The notes under the pieces were generated by a model. That model was not told the DNA's origin and did no database searches. It saw only the letters and a program-made list of their open reading frames with translations. Positions 51,437 to 60,363 of a DNA stretch of 64,000 bases are shown in pieces. The DNA comes from Candidatus Altimarinota bacterium (GTDB taxonomy: Bacteria; Patescibacteriota; Gracilibacteria; CAIRYL01). The stretch spans positions 576,001 through 640,000 of the forward strand of contig OZ252287.1 in NCBI GenBank assembly GCA_965250085.1. Direction: 5' to 3'. A program made the translations under genes and the position numbers. Every line of letters begins with the position of its first letter. Position 1 is the first letter of the stretch.

Positions 51437-51916
51437 CTATTTTTTGTCCAAAGACGGTTGTCCAACAAGCACGCCTGGATCCCTTTGAATGCTCCCTAAA
51501 CATGTCTCATCATCATGAAACAGTGTAAGGAGTTTTTCTTGCTCTAAGGGAGAGAAAGGCTCTTTCCCTGCAATTTCATCCCATAATGATTCCAATTGTT
51601 CATTTTCATCCTCACTGCATTCATCTCTGCCAAGAACATATTTCATGAGCCCCATATAAAAAGGGCGATATCTTTCTTCTAGAGAGGAAAATATACGAGC
51701 TAATTCTGGATCGAGGCTGTATTCAGCAGGTGAATATGATTCTCCTTGAGTCTGCCCCCTAAGGCACATTGTGGAGCCTCCTCCTTCAGTCAAGCTGGGC
51801 AAGATGGCGATGAATGCCGTGAGAGTAATCCTACGTACTTTTCTTACGGCTCTTGATTTTATTGGAGGGCTCAAAGTTGTTTCCCGTGTACTTTTGTAAC
51901 GATCCAAGGAAGTCAT
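51437..51916 (-). CDS. Hypothetical protein
   Basis: 159-aa ORF with a hydrophobic stretch. Confidence 0.55.
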   Translation of the reverse strand: MTSLDRYKSTRETTLSPPIKSRAVRKVRRITLTAFIAILPSLTEGGGSTMCLRGQTQGESYSPAEYSLDPELARIFSSLEERYRPFYMGLMKYVLGRDECSEDENEQLESLWDEIAGKEPFSPLEQEKLLTLFHDDETCLGSIQRDPGVLVGQPSLDKK

Positions 51917-51989
51917 ACTCTTTAAAAAGAATTGTATGATATTTTGAATGTTAATTTATATTTTGTCAATATTTTATCTGCTTTCTCGA

Positions 51990-52724
51990 TCATCGCATTC
52001 CTTCAGTAATTTCCATCCGCCGTTTGCCTGCTTGTTGAGCAAGATGAGCAATATCTCCATCTCCTGTTGACTCCACATATGCAATGGTTTGATTAATTTT
52101 TGCAAGCCTCTGCTGAACATAGTATATTTCCTGTTCAGAACCTCGTGACTCTTCTCCTTCTAAAAAAATAAGTTTCTCTTTCATAAGTTCTGCATATTTT
52201 TTAAGGATATTCAGGTTACGTGGGCTTTTGAAAAGTAATTTTTTTGCTTTTTTCTCTTCATCATCAAAATGTTGTACCTGAAATCTGTACGCTGTTTTTT
52301 GTATTTCTATTTCTAAATCTCGTAGCTTGTTGACGAGGTATTCTTTTCCATTCACATCACTATGATTTACTGCCACTCGAATCAATTGGCGTATTTCTTC
52401 AGGTGATTGAGCTTTAGAAAAAACTTCTTGAGCTCTTGCCCGCTGATCCATAGTATACAAAACATTTACCAGAGCTGGTTCAAGATTTTGAGTATTGTTA
52501 TTGCTTTGAATACCAGCAATACGCCGGCAAACAGATATGGCCTGGAGTGGTTGTATGCGAAATAAAATTTTTGCTTTCTCTTGAAGAAGTGGTACATCAT
52601 CAGGACATTGCTGCAGACGCTGATCTATCGACTGTAACCTTGAGCCAGGTGCCAGATTGTCCCTGGGAAGATTTCCTATGTTGTCGAGACTTCCAAGGTT
52701 ATTGAGTCCTTTAATCCTTTTCAT
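51990..52724 (-). CDS. Hypothetical helical (TPR-like) protein
   Basis: 244-aa ORF with AGGAG RBS. Confidence 0.6.
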   Translation of the reverse strand: MKRIKGLNNLGSLDNIGNLPRDNLAPGSRLQSIDQRLQQCPDDVPLLQEKAKILFRIQPLQAISVCRRIAGIQSNNNTQNLEPALVNVLYTMDQRARAQEVFSKAQSPEEIRQLIRVAVNHSDVNGKEYLVNKLRDLEIEIQKTAYRFQVQHFDDEEKKAKKLLFKSPRNLNILKKYAELMKEKLIFLEGEESRGSEQEIYYVQQRLAKINQTIAYVESTGDGDIAHLAQQAGKRRMEITEGMR

Positions 52725-52815
52725 TCTCCTTTGTTGGTTAACGTTAAAATAGTCTTGCTATATTAAGACATGACTTATTTTACCTATTTTTATTATTTAG
52801 TCAAATGTCCTCGTC

Positions 52816-55800
52816 TTATTCTGTTAAAAATTCAAATACTCCTTCTTTTGCATCGTCTCCCCAAATATTCTTTGGAGTAAAGTCCAAGTTTTGAATTCGT
52901 TTCCAGACCAGTCGAATCTCTTCTTTGAGACTTTCTTTTTCTTGTTCGGTGATCTCAAACGAAAGCTTTTTAAATGCTCCTGAGGTGTTGGGAATGAGAA
53001 AATCGATCTCAAAGATTTCTGCTCTATACTCAAATCGTGGAGAAAGATCACAAAGTAGTGAATAAAATACAAGCTGACGAAAATATCTTCCGGCAGTAAT
53101 ATCATTTGCATCTGACTCGCGTATTCCACGTATTTGATTTTCTGATTTTGGGGAAGTGGCTTTGTAATCAATCACTTTTACCGTCTTGTTTTGCTCAGAA
53201 ATCCATTCGATCTTATCGAGCTTACCCGTAAGCGGAATACCGCCATCCAGCATGACCTGGTGTGATCTGAAATTCATTTCTGTTTTGAGTGCTGGCATAA
53301 AGCTTCCCGTGTATTCAGTGAGATAATTTTTGAGAATCTCTTTTCCTTCTTCCTCAATTCGATTTCTATCTTCTGTACTCAGGACTTGTCTCTTGAGTGC
53401 GCCAAAAAATATACTTTCAGCTTCATCAGAATCTTCTTTCGGAAGATGCTGCACAAAAGCCTCAAGAGCCCTGTGTAGTGCTGTACCAAGCACTGCCGCA
53501 GGATGTTTGACCTCAGGAATTCTGAGAATATATTCCCAGAGGAATTTTTGTGGATTTTCTCGATAGCTTTCAAAGGCACTATGAGAGAGGAGAAAATTCT
53601 CTGGTTGGAGTGACCGTTCTATAAATTCTTTTGGAAATACAGAAGATTTGGGAGAAGACATCATTTGGTTTTTTATAATTTCAAATGCCGTATTAGATTC
53701 TTCAGATACTGATTCGACTTGCTCGACTGCATCTGGAGGAATTTCTGAAAAAAATCGAGATTCAGATTTCTCTCTATTTTGACCATCAAACTGACTTCGA
53801 GACAGAAATAAGAATTTCTTTGCACGGGTGCAGGCTGTGTAAAAAAGCCTGCGCTCTTCTTCATTTTCATCCCTTTCATGTTCAAATTGTAAAATTTCTT
53901 CTGGCACATGGATTTTGGATATTTTTCGCCTATCTCCCCATTTTCCCTTTTGTCCATGAAGGAGAAACACTGCTTCAAACTCGAGTCCCTTGGCCCTATG
54001 TGCTGTTAAAATCTGCACTGATTCTGCAGAAGAAATCACATCACGTTCGCTCAGCGGAAGCCCAAACTCCTCTCTGAGTTCTATTCTTTGGAGAAATCCT
54101 GCAAGTGAAGCATTTTTATTCTTTTGACAAAAATTTTTGAGATCCATAAAAAGCGCATTGAGATGGTTCAAATTCTGTATGTGTTCTGAAGAGAGAGATG
54201 TGCTCGTTTTTTCTGCGGTAACCATGTCCAGGATTCCGCTTTCGGTAAGCATTACTTGAAACCATTCGAGCAATGACAGTTCTTTCAAGCTTTTTTGCCA
54301 TTTGAGTATATGATCAAAAAATATAGTGAATCCATTTGAAACTTCGCGTGTTGCAGAAGAAAAATATTGCCAAAACTTTCCAGAGTCTTTTACTTCATCT
54401 CGCACTTCTCTCCAAAGATTCCAAATATCCTTCATTTCTAATGAAAAAAATGGATAGTGGAGGCATTCAAAAAATAAGGTGTCATTTTCTGGATTGAGCA
54501 CAAGTTTCAAAAGATTCAATACTTGCCTCGTGATCTGGCTCTGAAGTGCATTGCCTCTACCAGAGAAAATTGCCGGCACTTTTCGCTTTTTGAGGAGATC
54601 AAGAATTTCAAATCCTTCTGCGTTTGTACGGACGAGAATTGCTATTTCTGAATATGAGATGTCTTCTTCTGTACAAAGTTCTTCGATTTTTTGTACGACA
54701 AAGTTATGTTCCTGCTCTTCATGAGAAAATATGTGCATTTGTGGAAGTTCTTTTTCCTTTCGAAGTGCAGCAGAAATATTTTTTGTGACTTCTGGTATTT
54801 GAATCTCAAGTCTTTCAGTATTATTTTGAATCACTGCTGATGCAAGATTTAAAATGGACTGTGTACTTCGATAGTTTTTGGTAAGACAAATTATTTTGGC
54901 AGAAAGAAATTTTTGACGAAAAGAAAGAATGTTCTCGAGTGATGCTCCTTGAAATCGATAAATTGACTGGTCATCATCTCCCACAGCAAAAATATTGGGG
55001 CTCTCTTCGTCTCCGACAAAAAGCTTCAAGAGTCTCATTTGTGCTCCATTGGTATCTTGTAATTCATCTGCGAGCACAAAAAGGTATCTCTCACGAAGTG
55101 TCCAGAGGAGATCTTCATCTTCCTGAAGCAGCTGTAAAACAAACAGAATCATGTCGTCAAAGTCGTACTGACCCTCTCTTTCGAGAAGTTCCTGATACTC
55201 AGTGTAGACTTTGTGTAATTCCACGCTTTTTTGCACATTTTTCTCTTGTTTCAAGTATTTCCCCTTCATTTTTCCTGTTTTGATATTTATTTTTTCTGAC
55301 TCTGGAATATTTTCAAATTCTTTTTGTTCCTGGAGGGCAAGATTTTTGAAAACACCTGGGTCAATACCCTCTTTTTTGAGATGAGAAATAGTAGACGCAA
55401 TTTCACGTAGGAAAAAATTTGGATTGTAGAGTGGTTTTAAATATTTGAGGTTTAGCGAGGTAAGTATTTTCTTGAGTATCTGAAGTTTTTCCAGTTCATC
55501 CAGCACTTCTAGATTTTTGGCAAAAAAGAATTTCTCTGGAAATTCAGAAATTATTTCCTGGCAAAATCCATGAAATGTAGCGATGTGAACTGAATGTGCG
55601 GTACTGCCAATAAAATCTGTGAGGCGTTTGCGCATGGCGATTGCCCCACTTTCTGTAAATGTGAGTGCGAGTATGCTGCGCGGATCAGTATCTGTTTTTT
55701 GCAGAATATTTGCGATCCTCAGGGCCAGTACCTGTGTCTTTCCTGTTCCAGGACCAGCTACTACGAGCACTGGACCATGAAGCGTTTCCACTGCTTTTTC

Positions 55801-55857
55801 TTGTGCAGTATTGAGTGCCTCAAATGCCTGCTGAAACTTTTGTGTATCAGAACTCAT
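52816..55857 (-). CDS. UvrD/PcrA-family helicase fused to a C-terminal PD-(D/E)XK nuclease
   Basis: AGPGTGKT, DELQDTN, VGDDDQSIYRFQGA, AKGLEF, EERRLFY; GKLDKIE...VIDYKA. Confidence 0.9.
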   Translation of the reverse strand: MSSDTQKFQQAFEALNTAQEKAVETLHGPVLVVAGPGTGKTQVLALRIANILQKTDTDPRSILALTFTESGAIAMRKRLTDFIGSTAHSVHIATFHGFCQEIISEFPEKFFFAKNLEVLDELEKLQILKKILTSLNLKYLKPLYNPNFFLREIASTISHLKKEGIDPGVFKNLALQEQKEFENIPESEKINIKTGKMKGKYLKQEKNVQKSVELHKVYTEYQELLEREGQYDFDDMILFVLQLLQEDEDLLWTLRERYLFVLADELQDTNGAQMRLLKLFVGDEESPNIFAVGDDDQSIYRFQGASLENILSFRQKFLSAKIICLTKNYRSTQSILNLASAVIQNNTERLEIQIPEVTKNISAALRKEKELPQMHIFSHEEQEHNFVVQKIEELCTEEDISYSEIAILVRTNAEGFEILDLLKKRKVPAIFSGRGNALQSQITRQVLNLLKLVLNPENDTLFFECLHYPFFSLEMKDIWNLWREVRDEVKDSGKFWQYFSSATREVSNGFTIFFDHILKWQKSLKELSLLEWFQVMLTESGILDMVTAEKTSTSLSSEHIQNLNHLNALFMDLKNFCQKNKNASLAGFLQRIELREEFGLPLSERDVISSAESVQILTAHRAKGLEFEAVFLLHGQKGKWGDRRKISKIHVPEEILQFEHERDENEEERRLFYTACTRAKKFLFLSRSQFDGQNREKSESRFFSEIPPDAVEQVESVSEESNTAFEIIKNQMMSSPKSSVFPKEFIERSLQPENFLLSHSAFESYRENPQKFLWEYILRIPEVKHPAAVLGTALHRALEAFVQHLPKEDSDEAESIFFGALKRQVLSTEDRNRIEEEGKEILKNYLTEYTGSFMPALKTEMNFRSHQVMLDGGIPLTGKLDKIEWISEQNKTVKVIDYKATSPKSENQIRGIRESDANDITAGRYFRQLVFYSLLCDLSPRFEYRAEIFEIDFLIPNTSGAFKKLSFEITEQEKESLKEEIRLVWKRIQNLDFTPKNIWGDDAKEGVFEFLTE

Positions 55858-55956
55858 GAGTACGGGGAGTATACTTATTTTGTGGTCAGAAATGAAGAAA
55901 CTCATTGCTGAGTACTTACTTTTTCCTTAGAATCCTAAGCGTTTTCGCATCATATA

Positions 55957-57219
55957 ATGCTTGATATTAAAGCAATCCGAACAAGCCCTGATGATTTTAA
56001 AAAATCTTTGAAACGCAAGGGGGTTGATTCTCAAAAAATTGGCGAGCTCTTAACGGCAGACGAACAACGAAGAAGATTGCTACAAGAAGTAGAAGTAGCA
56101 AGTGCTCAACAAAACGAGGTTTCTAAAAAAATTCCCAATCTTTCTGGAAAAGAAAAAGAGAAAGTGCTTGGAGAAATGAAATCTCTTTCTGATGCAAAGA
56201 AGCAAAAGGAAGAGGAGCTTGAAAAGATTGAAATAAAATATATAGCTCTCCTCGAATCTCTGCCAAATCCTCCCGATGCTTCTGCTCCCGATGGCAAAAG
56301 CGAAGAAGATAATGTGGTCCTCAGAAAAGAAGGTGATATGCCTCAGTTTGATTTTGAACCAAAAGAGCATTGGGAACTTGCAGAAGATCTTGAGCTTCTT
56401 GATATGGAGCGTGGTGCAAAGGTCAGTGGAGCTCGTTTCTTTTTTATGAGAAATGAACTCGCTATTCTTCAGATGGCACTCATGAATTGGGCTTTTCTCC
56501 GTGTTGCAGAAAAGGGGTTTTCCCCAACTATTCCTCCATTTATGACACGAAAAGATGCAATTTATGGTACTGGGTTTTTGGAAAAAGATGAGAATTACAT
56601 AGTAAATCCTGGTGAAGATGATCTGTATCTTATCGGCACTTCTGAAGTGCCATTGACGAGTTTTCATGCAGGTGAGATTTTGAACGAGAAGAATCTGCCG
56701 ATAAAACTCGCTGGGTATTCACCATGTTTTCGGCGTGAAGCCGGATCATATGGAAAAGATATGAAAGGGATTCTAAGGGTTCATCAGTTTGAAAAAATTG
56801 AAATGGTCATTCTCTGCACACCAGAGCAAAGCACACAGATGCACGAACTCATTCGCGAAACTGAGGAAGAGCTTATGAAAGAGCTCGGCATCCCCTATCA
56901 GGTAGTCAATGTGTGTGCAGGCGATCTTGGAAGTTCAGCAATAAAAAAATACGATCTGGAGGCATGGTTGCCTGGGCAGGGAAAATACAGGGAAATGACT
57001 TCAACTTCGACTTGTACTGATTATCAAACAAGACGTCTTGGTATTAGATATCGAACTCAGTCAGGAAAAACAGAGTTCGCCCATAGTCTCAATGGTACTG
57101 CTGTTTCTTCTAGGCCTCTTATAGCTATTTTGGAAAACTTTCAACACAAAGATGGATCTATTGATATCCCAAAATGTCTTATCCCTTTTACCGGGTTCCA
57201 AAAAATAGAGAAAAAATAG
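55957..57219 (+). CDS. serS: Serine-tRNA ligase
   Basis: N-terminal coiled coil, LIGTSEVPL, CFRREAGS, RVHQFEKIE, KYDLEAW, HSLNGT. Confidence 0.97.
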   Translation: MLDIKAIRTSPDDFKKSLKRKGVDSQKIGELLTADEQRRRLLQEVEVASAQQNEVSKKIPNLSGKEKEKVLGEMKSLSDAKKQKEEELEKIEIKYIALLESLPNPPDASAPDGKSEEDNVVLRKEGDMPQFDFEPKEHWELAEDLELLDMERGAKVSGARFFFMRNELAILQMALMNWAFLRVAEKGFSPTIPPFMTRKDAIYGTGFLEKDENYIVNPGEDDLYLIGTSEVPLTSFHAGEILNEKNLPIKLAGYSPCFRREAGSYGKDMKGILRVHQFEKIEMVILCTPEQSTQMHELIRETEEELMKELGIPYQVVNVCAGDLGSSAIKKYDLEAWLPGQGKYREMTSTSTCTDYQTRRLGIRYRTQSGKTEFAHSLNGTAVSSRPLIAILENFQHKDGSIDIPKCLIPFTGFQKIEKK

Positions 57220-57256
57220 AAGATCGCATCATGTTTCTAAATGATATTATTCTAGA

Positions 57257-57982
57257 TTACGCTTTTTGCTTTTTGGGGATTTTTGTACTCTCCCACATGT
57301 ATCCTCTTTCTCGAATGGTTCTTAGATGTGTTGAGATTTCTTTTCCGAGAAGTTTTTTCAAGTGTGTCATGTGTACTCTCAATTTATTCTTTTGATCTTC
57401 TTCTCGAGAATTGTCTTCACCCCATACATACGAAATAAGACTTTGATATGTCAAAGGTATATCGGGTTTTTGTAAAAATCTTTTTAGGAGAGTAAAGAGT
57501 ATGTTGCTGGGATACATTTCACGATCTCCAATAATAACCTTACGAAGATCTAAATCCATTTTAACTCCATCATGTTCAAGTACATTTGTGGAATTTTTAT
57601 CACAATGGAATCCTCTTCTTGCAGCCGCTTTTATACGAGCAATAACCTCCTTTGGCTTCCATGGTTTTTTAATAAAATCATCTCCACCAACATCAAGTGC
57701 ATCCCATGGAGTAATTTCATCTATTTTGCGTGCTGTAAGAAAAATAACTGGTGTTTGAATATTTTCTTTCCGTATCTCTTTTATAAGATGGATGCCTTGT
57801 TTCGCATTTTTTTCAGAAGAAAGATAATAATCACATACAATAACATCAAAATTGTCTTTTGTGAGTTTTTGTTTCGCTTCATCGTATGTTTCTGCGGTAT
57901 CGATATCCCATCCTTGCTTCTCAAGATACAACTTTATATTGCGCAAAACAGAAGGCTGATCGTCAATAACAAATACTTTCAT
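57257..57982 (-). CDS. OmpR-family response regulator
   Basis: VIDD, VIVCD, FLTA, KKPW; winged helix (LRVHMTHLKK, TIRERGY). Confidence 0.9.
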   Translation of the reverse strand: MKVFVIDDQPSVLRNIKLYLEKQGWDIDTAETYDEAKQKLTKDNFDVIVCDYYLSSEKNAKQGIHLIKEIRKENIQTPVIFLTARKIDEITPWDALDVGGDDFIKKPWKPKEVIARIKAAARRGFHCDKNSTNVLEHDGVKMDLDLRKVIIGDREMYPSNILFTLLKRFLQKPDIPLTYQSLISYVWGEDNSREEDQKNKLRVHMTHLKKLLGKEISTHLRTIRERGYMWESTKIPKKQKA

Positions 57983-58084
57983 GGAAATAGGGGGTAAAAA
58001 CTTCTGTTTATTATAGAAGCATCTCTCCCAAATTTGCAAATATTAAGACTTTGTTAATATGAACTTTCTATTGGTATTCTACAA

Positions 58085-58663
58085 TTATAGTTCAACTTCA
58101 ATAAACTTTTGCACAAAAGTAACTTTTTTTTCTTCCGCGCCAAAAAGATAGAGCCCTATTTGATATGCGAGTTCTCCATTGTAAAGATTTTCTTTTTGGA
58201 GGCTTTGAGAAATATTTTTGGGCATGAGTTCCTTTTTTGGAGAAAAGTCATGCTGAACGATCAACTTGCAAGGCTCTTTTACAGAGATTCTTACAAAAGA
58301 TGATTTTTGAAAGAGTTTTTGCAGAATATACCTCAGAGCTGTCTCAAAGTAATGACGATCCACAGTAACTTCTACTGTAGGATCGATGTCGACAGTAAGT
58401 TGTATGTAATGAGAAATGATGGTGTCTTCAAGTCCGACGAGAAGAATATCTATGATTTCTCGAAGACACTGCTTTTGTGGAAAGTATTCTGGTTTCTCTC
58501 CGAGTAATATTTCTTCATGCTCAATAAGGACCACTGCAGCCTCAATCAACGGTTGAATTTTTTCTTTACTTCCTGAGAAATGATCGTTTTCTTCACAAAC
58601 CAAAGAAAGAATTGTGCAAATATTGAGAAGTTCATGACGGATAAACTGTTTAGAATCATTCAT
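58085..58663 (-). CDS. Degenerate histidine kinase-like protein (putative His-phosphotransferase)
   Basis: H-box-like FIRHELLN retained; no sensor domain; N, G1 and G2 boxes not recognisable. Confidence 0.6.
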   Translation of the reverse strand: MNDSKQFIRHELLNICTILSLVCEENDHFSGSKEKIQPLIEAAVVLIEHEEILLGEKPEYFPQKQCLREIIDILLVGLEDTIISHYIQLTVDIDPTVEVTVDRHYFETALRYILQKLFQKSSFVRISVKEPCKLIVQHDFSPKKELMPKNISQSLQKENLYNGELAYQIGLYLFGAEEKKVTFVQKFIEVEL

Positions 58664-58790
58664 ACAGAGAATATATGGGATTCTCTTTAAAAAAACTAGT
58701 ATTTGACTTTGTCTATGATCATGAATGTTAGATATTGTGTTTTTAAGCGGTTTAGATGTATATTGCATTCATACAACTCCATATGCAAAT

Positions 58791-59498
58791 ATGAATATTC
58801 TTATCGTGGAAGACGAGGTACCTATAGCACTCTTCGTTCAGAGGATTCTCAAAAAAGTTTCTGTGAGTAATCTTATTGATACCGCTCAGGGTTTCCAGGA
58901 AGCTTTTTCAAAGTTGTTTTCTGATATTTTTGATGTCGTTATCATTGATATTGATTTGGGAAAAGAAAAGCGAACTGGCATTGATCTTTGTGAAATCATC
59001 AGGTCTCGAGATAAATATATCCCAATAATCATTCTTACTGGATTTCACTCTCTTTCGTATATAGAAAAATCTTTTCTTGCGGGTGCAAATGATTACATCA
59101 CAAAGCCATTTCGTCCACGAGAATTAGAATTGAGGGTAGAAAGATGGAAAAAAATTTCGAACCGTAAAAAAGTTGAACAAAACATGGAGTATGAAGAACT
59201 CTCCTATGATATACAAAAAAACGAATTTTTTTTTAAGCATGAAAAACTGAATCTCACAAAAAGAAATAAAGAATTGCTTCTCTTATTTCTCAAAAACCCA
59301 GAAAGCATGCTTTCCTCCCAGTATATCAGAGCAAAATTCTGGGGGGATTCATATGACACGCAAAAGTCACGAAATCTTCGTTCTAATATTCATCTCTTAA
59401 GAAATTCCTTGGAAAACAAATGTGGAAACTGGATTCATACTACGAGGGGTGAGGGATACATATTACAAAAAAACTTTAGCAAATATAATTTTTCTTAA
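58791..59498 (+). CDS. OmpR-family response regulator
   Basis: IVEDE, VVIID, ILTG, GANDYITKPF; TTRGEGY. Confidence 0.9.
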   Translation: MNILIVEDEVPIALFVQRILKKVSVSNLIDTAQGFQEAFSKLFSDIFDVVIIDIDLGKEKRTGIDLCEIIRSRDKYIPIIILTGFHSLSYIEKSFLAGANDYITKPFRPRELELRVERWKKISNRKKVEQNMEYEELSYDIQKNEFFFKHEKLNLTKRNKELLLLFLKNPESMLSSQYIRAKFWGDSYDTQKSRNLRSNIHLLRNSLENKCGNWIHTTRGEGYILQKNFSKYNFS

Positions 59499-59582
59499 AA
59501 AAATATTAAAAATATGAGGATTTGAATGCATTTAGGTTCAATAGTGCTCTATAGTGCTTGAGGGGAGGACTTACTAAGGTCT

Positions 59583-59972
59583 ATGAATCAAAATACTCTC
59601 AAGCACAAAATACTCATTATCGAAGACGACTCCGTCTTCTGCAAAGAGTGCTGTCAGGTGTTTTCGTCTCAAGAATTTGAAGTACAAGCGAGTACTACGA
59701 GTATGGGTGGTATTGTAAAAGCAGTGGAATTTCGTCCTGATGTGATTCTCTTGGATATCGTGATGCCTGAAGTAGATGGATATGAAATTATTGATGCACT
59801 GAGAAATAATTCAAATATGAATGTCATCATAATCGCCTATAGTAACATTACAGAAAACCTTCAAATACATCGTGCTCTTCAGCTTGGGGCAGATGATTTC
59901 TTTTCGAAAAGCACATGTCCGCCTAGTCAGGCTGTGCAGAAAGTCCAGCATATTTTATCTCAAAAAGCATAA
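59583..59972 (+). CDS. Single-domain response regulator (REC)
   Basis: IIEDD, PDVILLDIVMP, YSN, GADDFFSK. Confidence 0.9.
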   Translation: MNQNTLKHKILIIEDDSVFCKECCQVFSSQEFEVQASTTSMGGIVKAVEFRPDVILLDIVMPEVDGYEIIDALRNNSNMNVIIIAYSNITENLQIHRALQLGADDFFSKSTCPPSQAVQKVQHILSQKA

Positions 59973-59991
59973 TATTCATTTTTCATCAAAA

Positions 59992-60354
59992 ATGACAAAA
60001 ATTTTATTTTTGGAAGATGAAAAAACCATTGGCCAAATGTACACAGATGCTTTTAAAAAGGCAGGGCATGATATTCTTTGGGTTACAAATGCAGAAGATG
60101 CTGCACTCAAAGCACGTGAATTCTTTGCCGATGTTGTTATTGCAGATTATGGCATTCAGGGTCATAAAATCTCTGGGCTTGATGTTATCCCTCATATTCG
60201 CAAAAATCTTCCTAACGCCCAAATCATCATGCTTTCAAATTATGGAAAATCTCAAATGGAAGAAGATTGTCTGACCGCCGGGGCAAATCATTATCTTCTC
60301 AAAATAGATACCCCACCTAAAAAATTGGTAGAGTATATTGATCACCTCGTCTGA
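59992..60354 (+). CDS. Single-domain response regulator (REC)
   Basis: FLEDE, VVIAD, MLSN, GANHYLLK. Confidence 0.88.
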   Translation: MTKILFLEDEKTIGQMYTDAFKKAGHDILWVTNAEDAALKAREFFADVVIADYGIQGHKISGLDVIPHIRKNLPNAQIIMLSNYGKSQMEEDCLTAGANHYLLKIDTPPKKLVEYIDHLV

Positions 60355-60363
60355 AATATGCCA

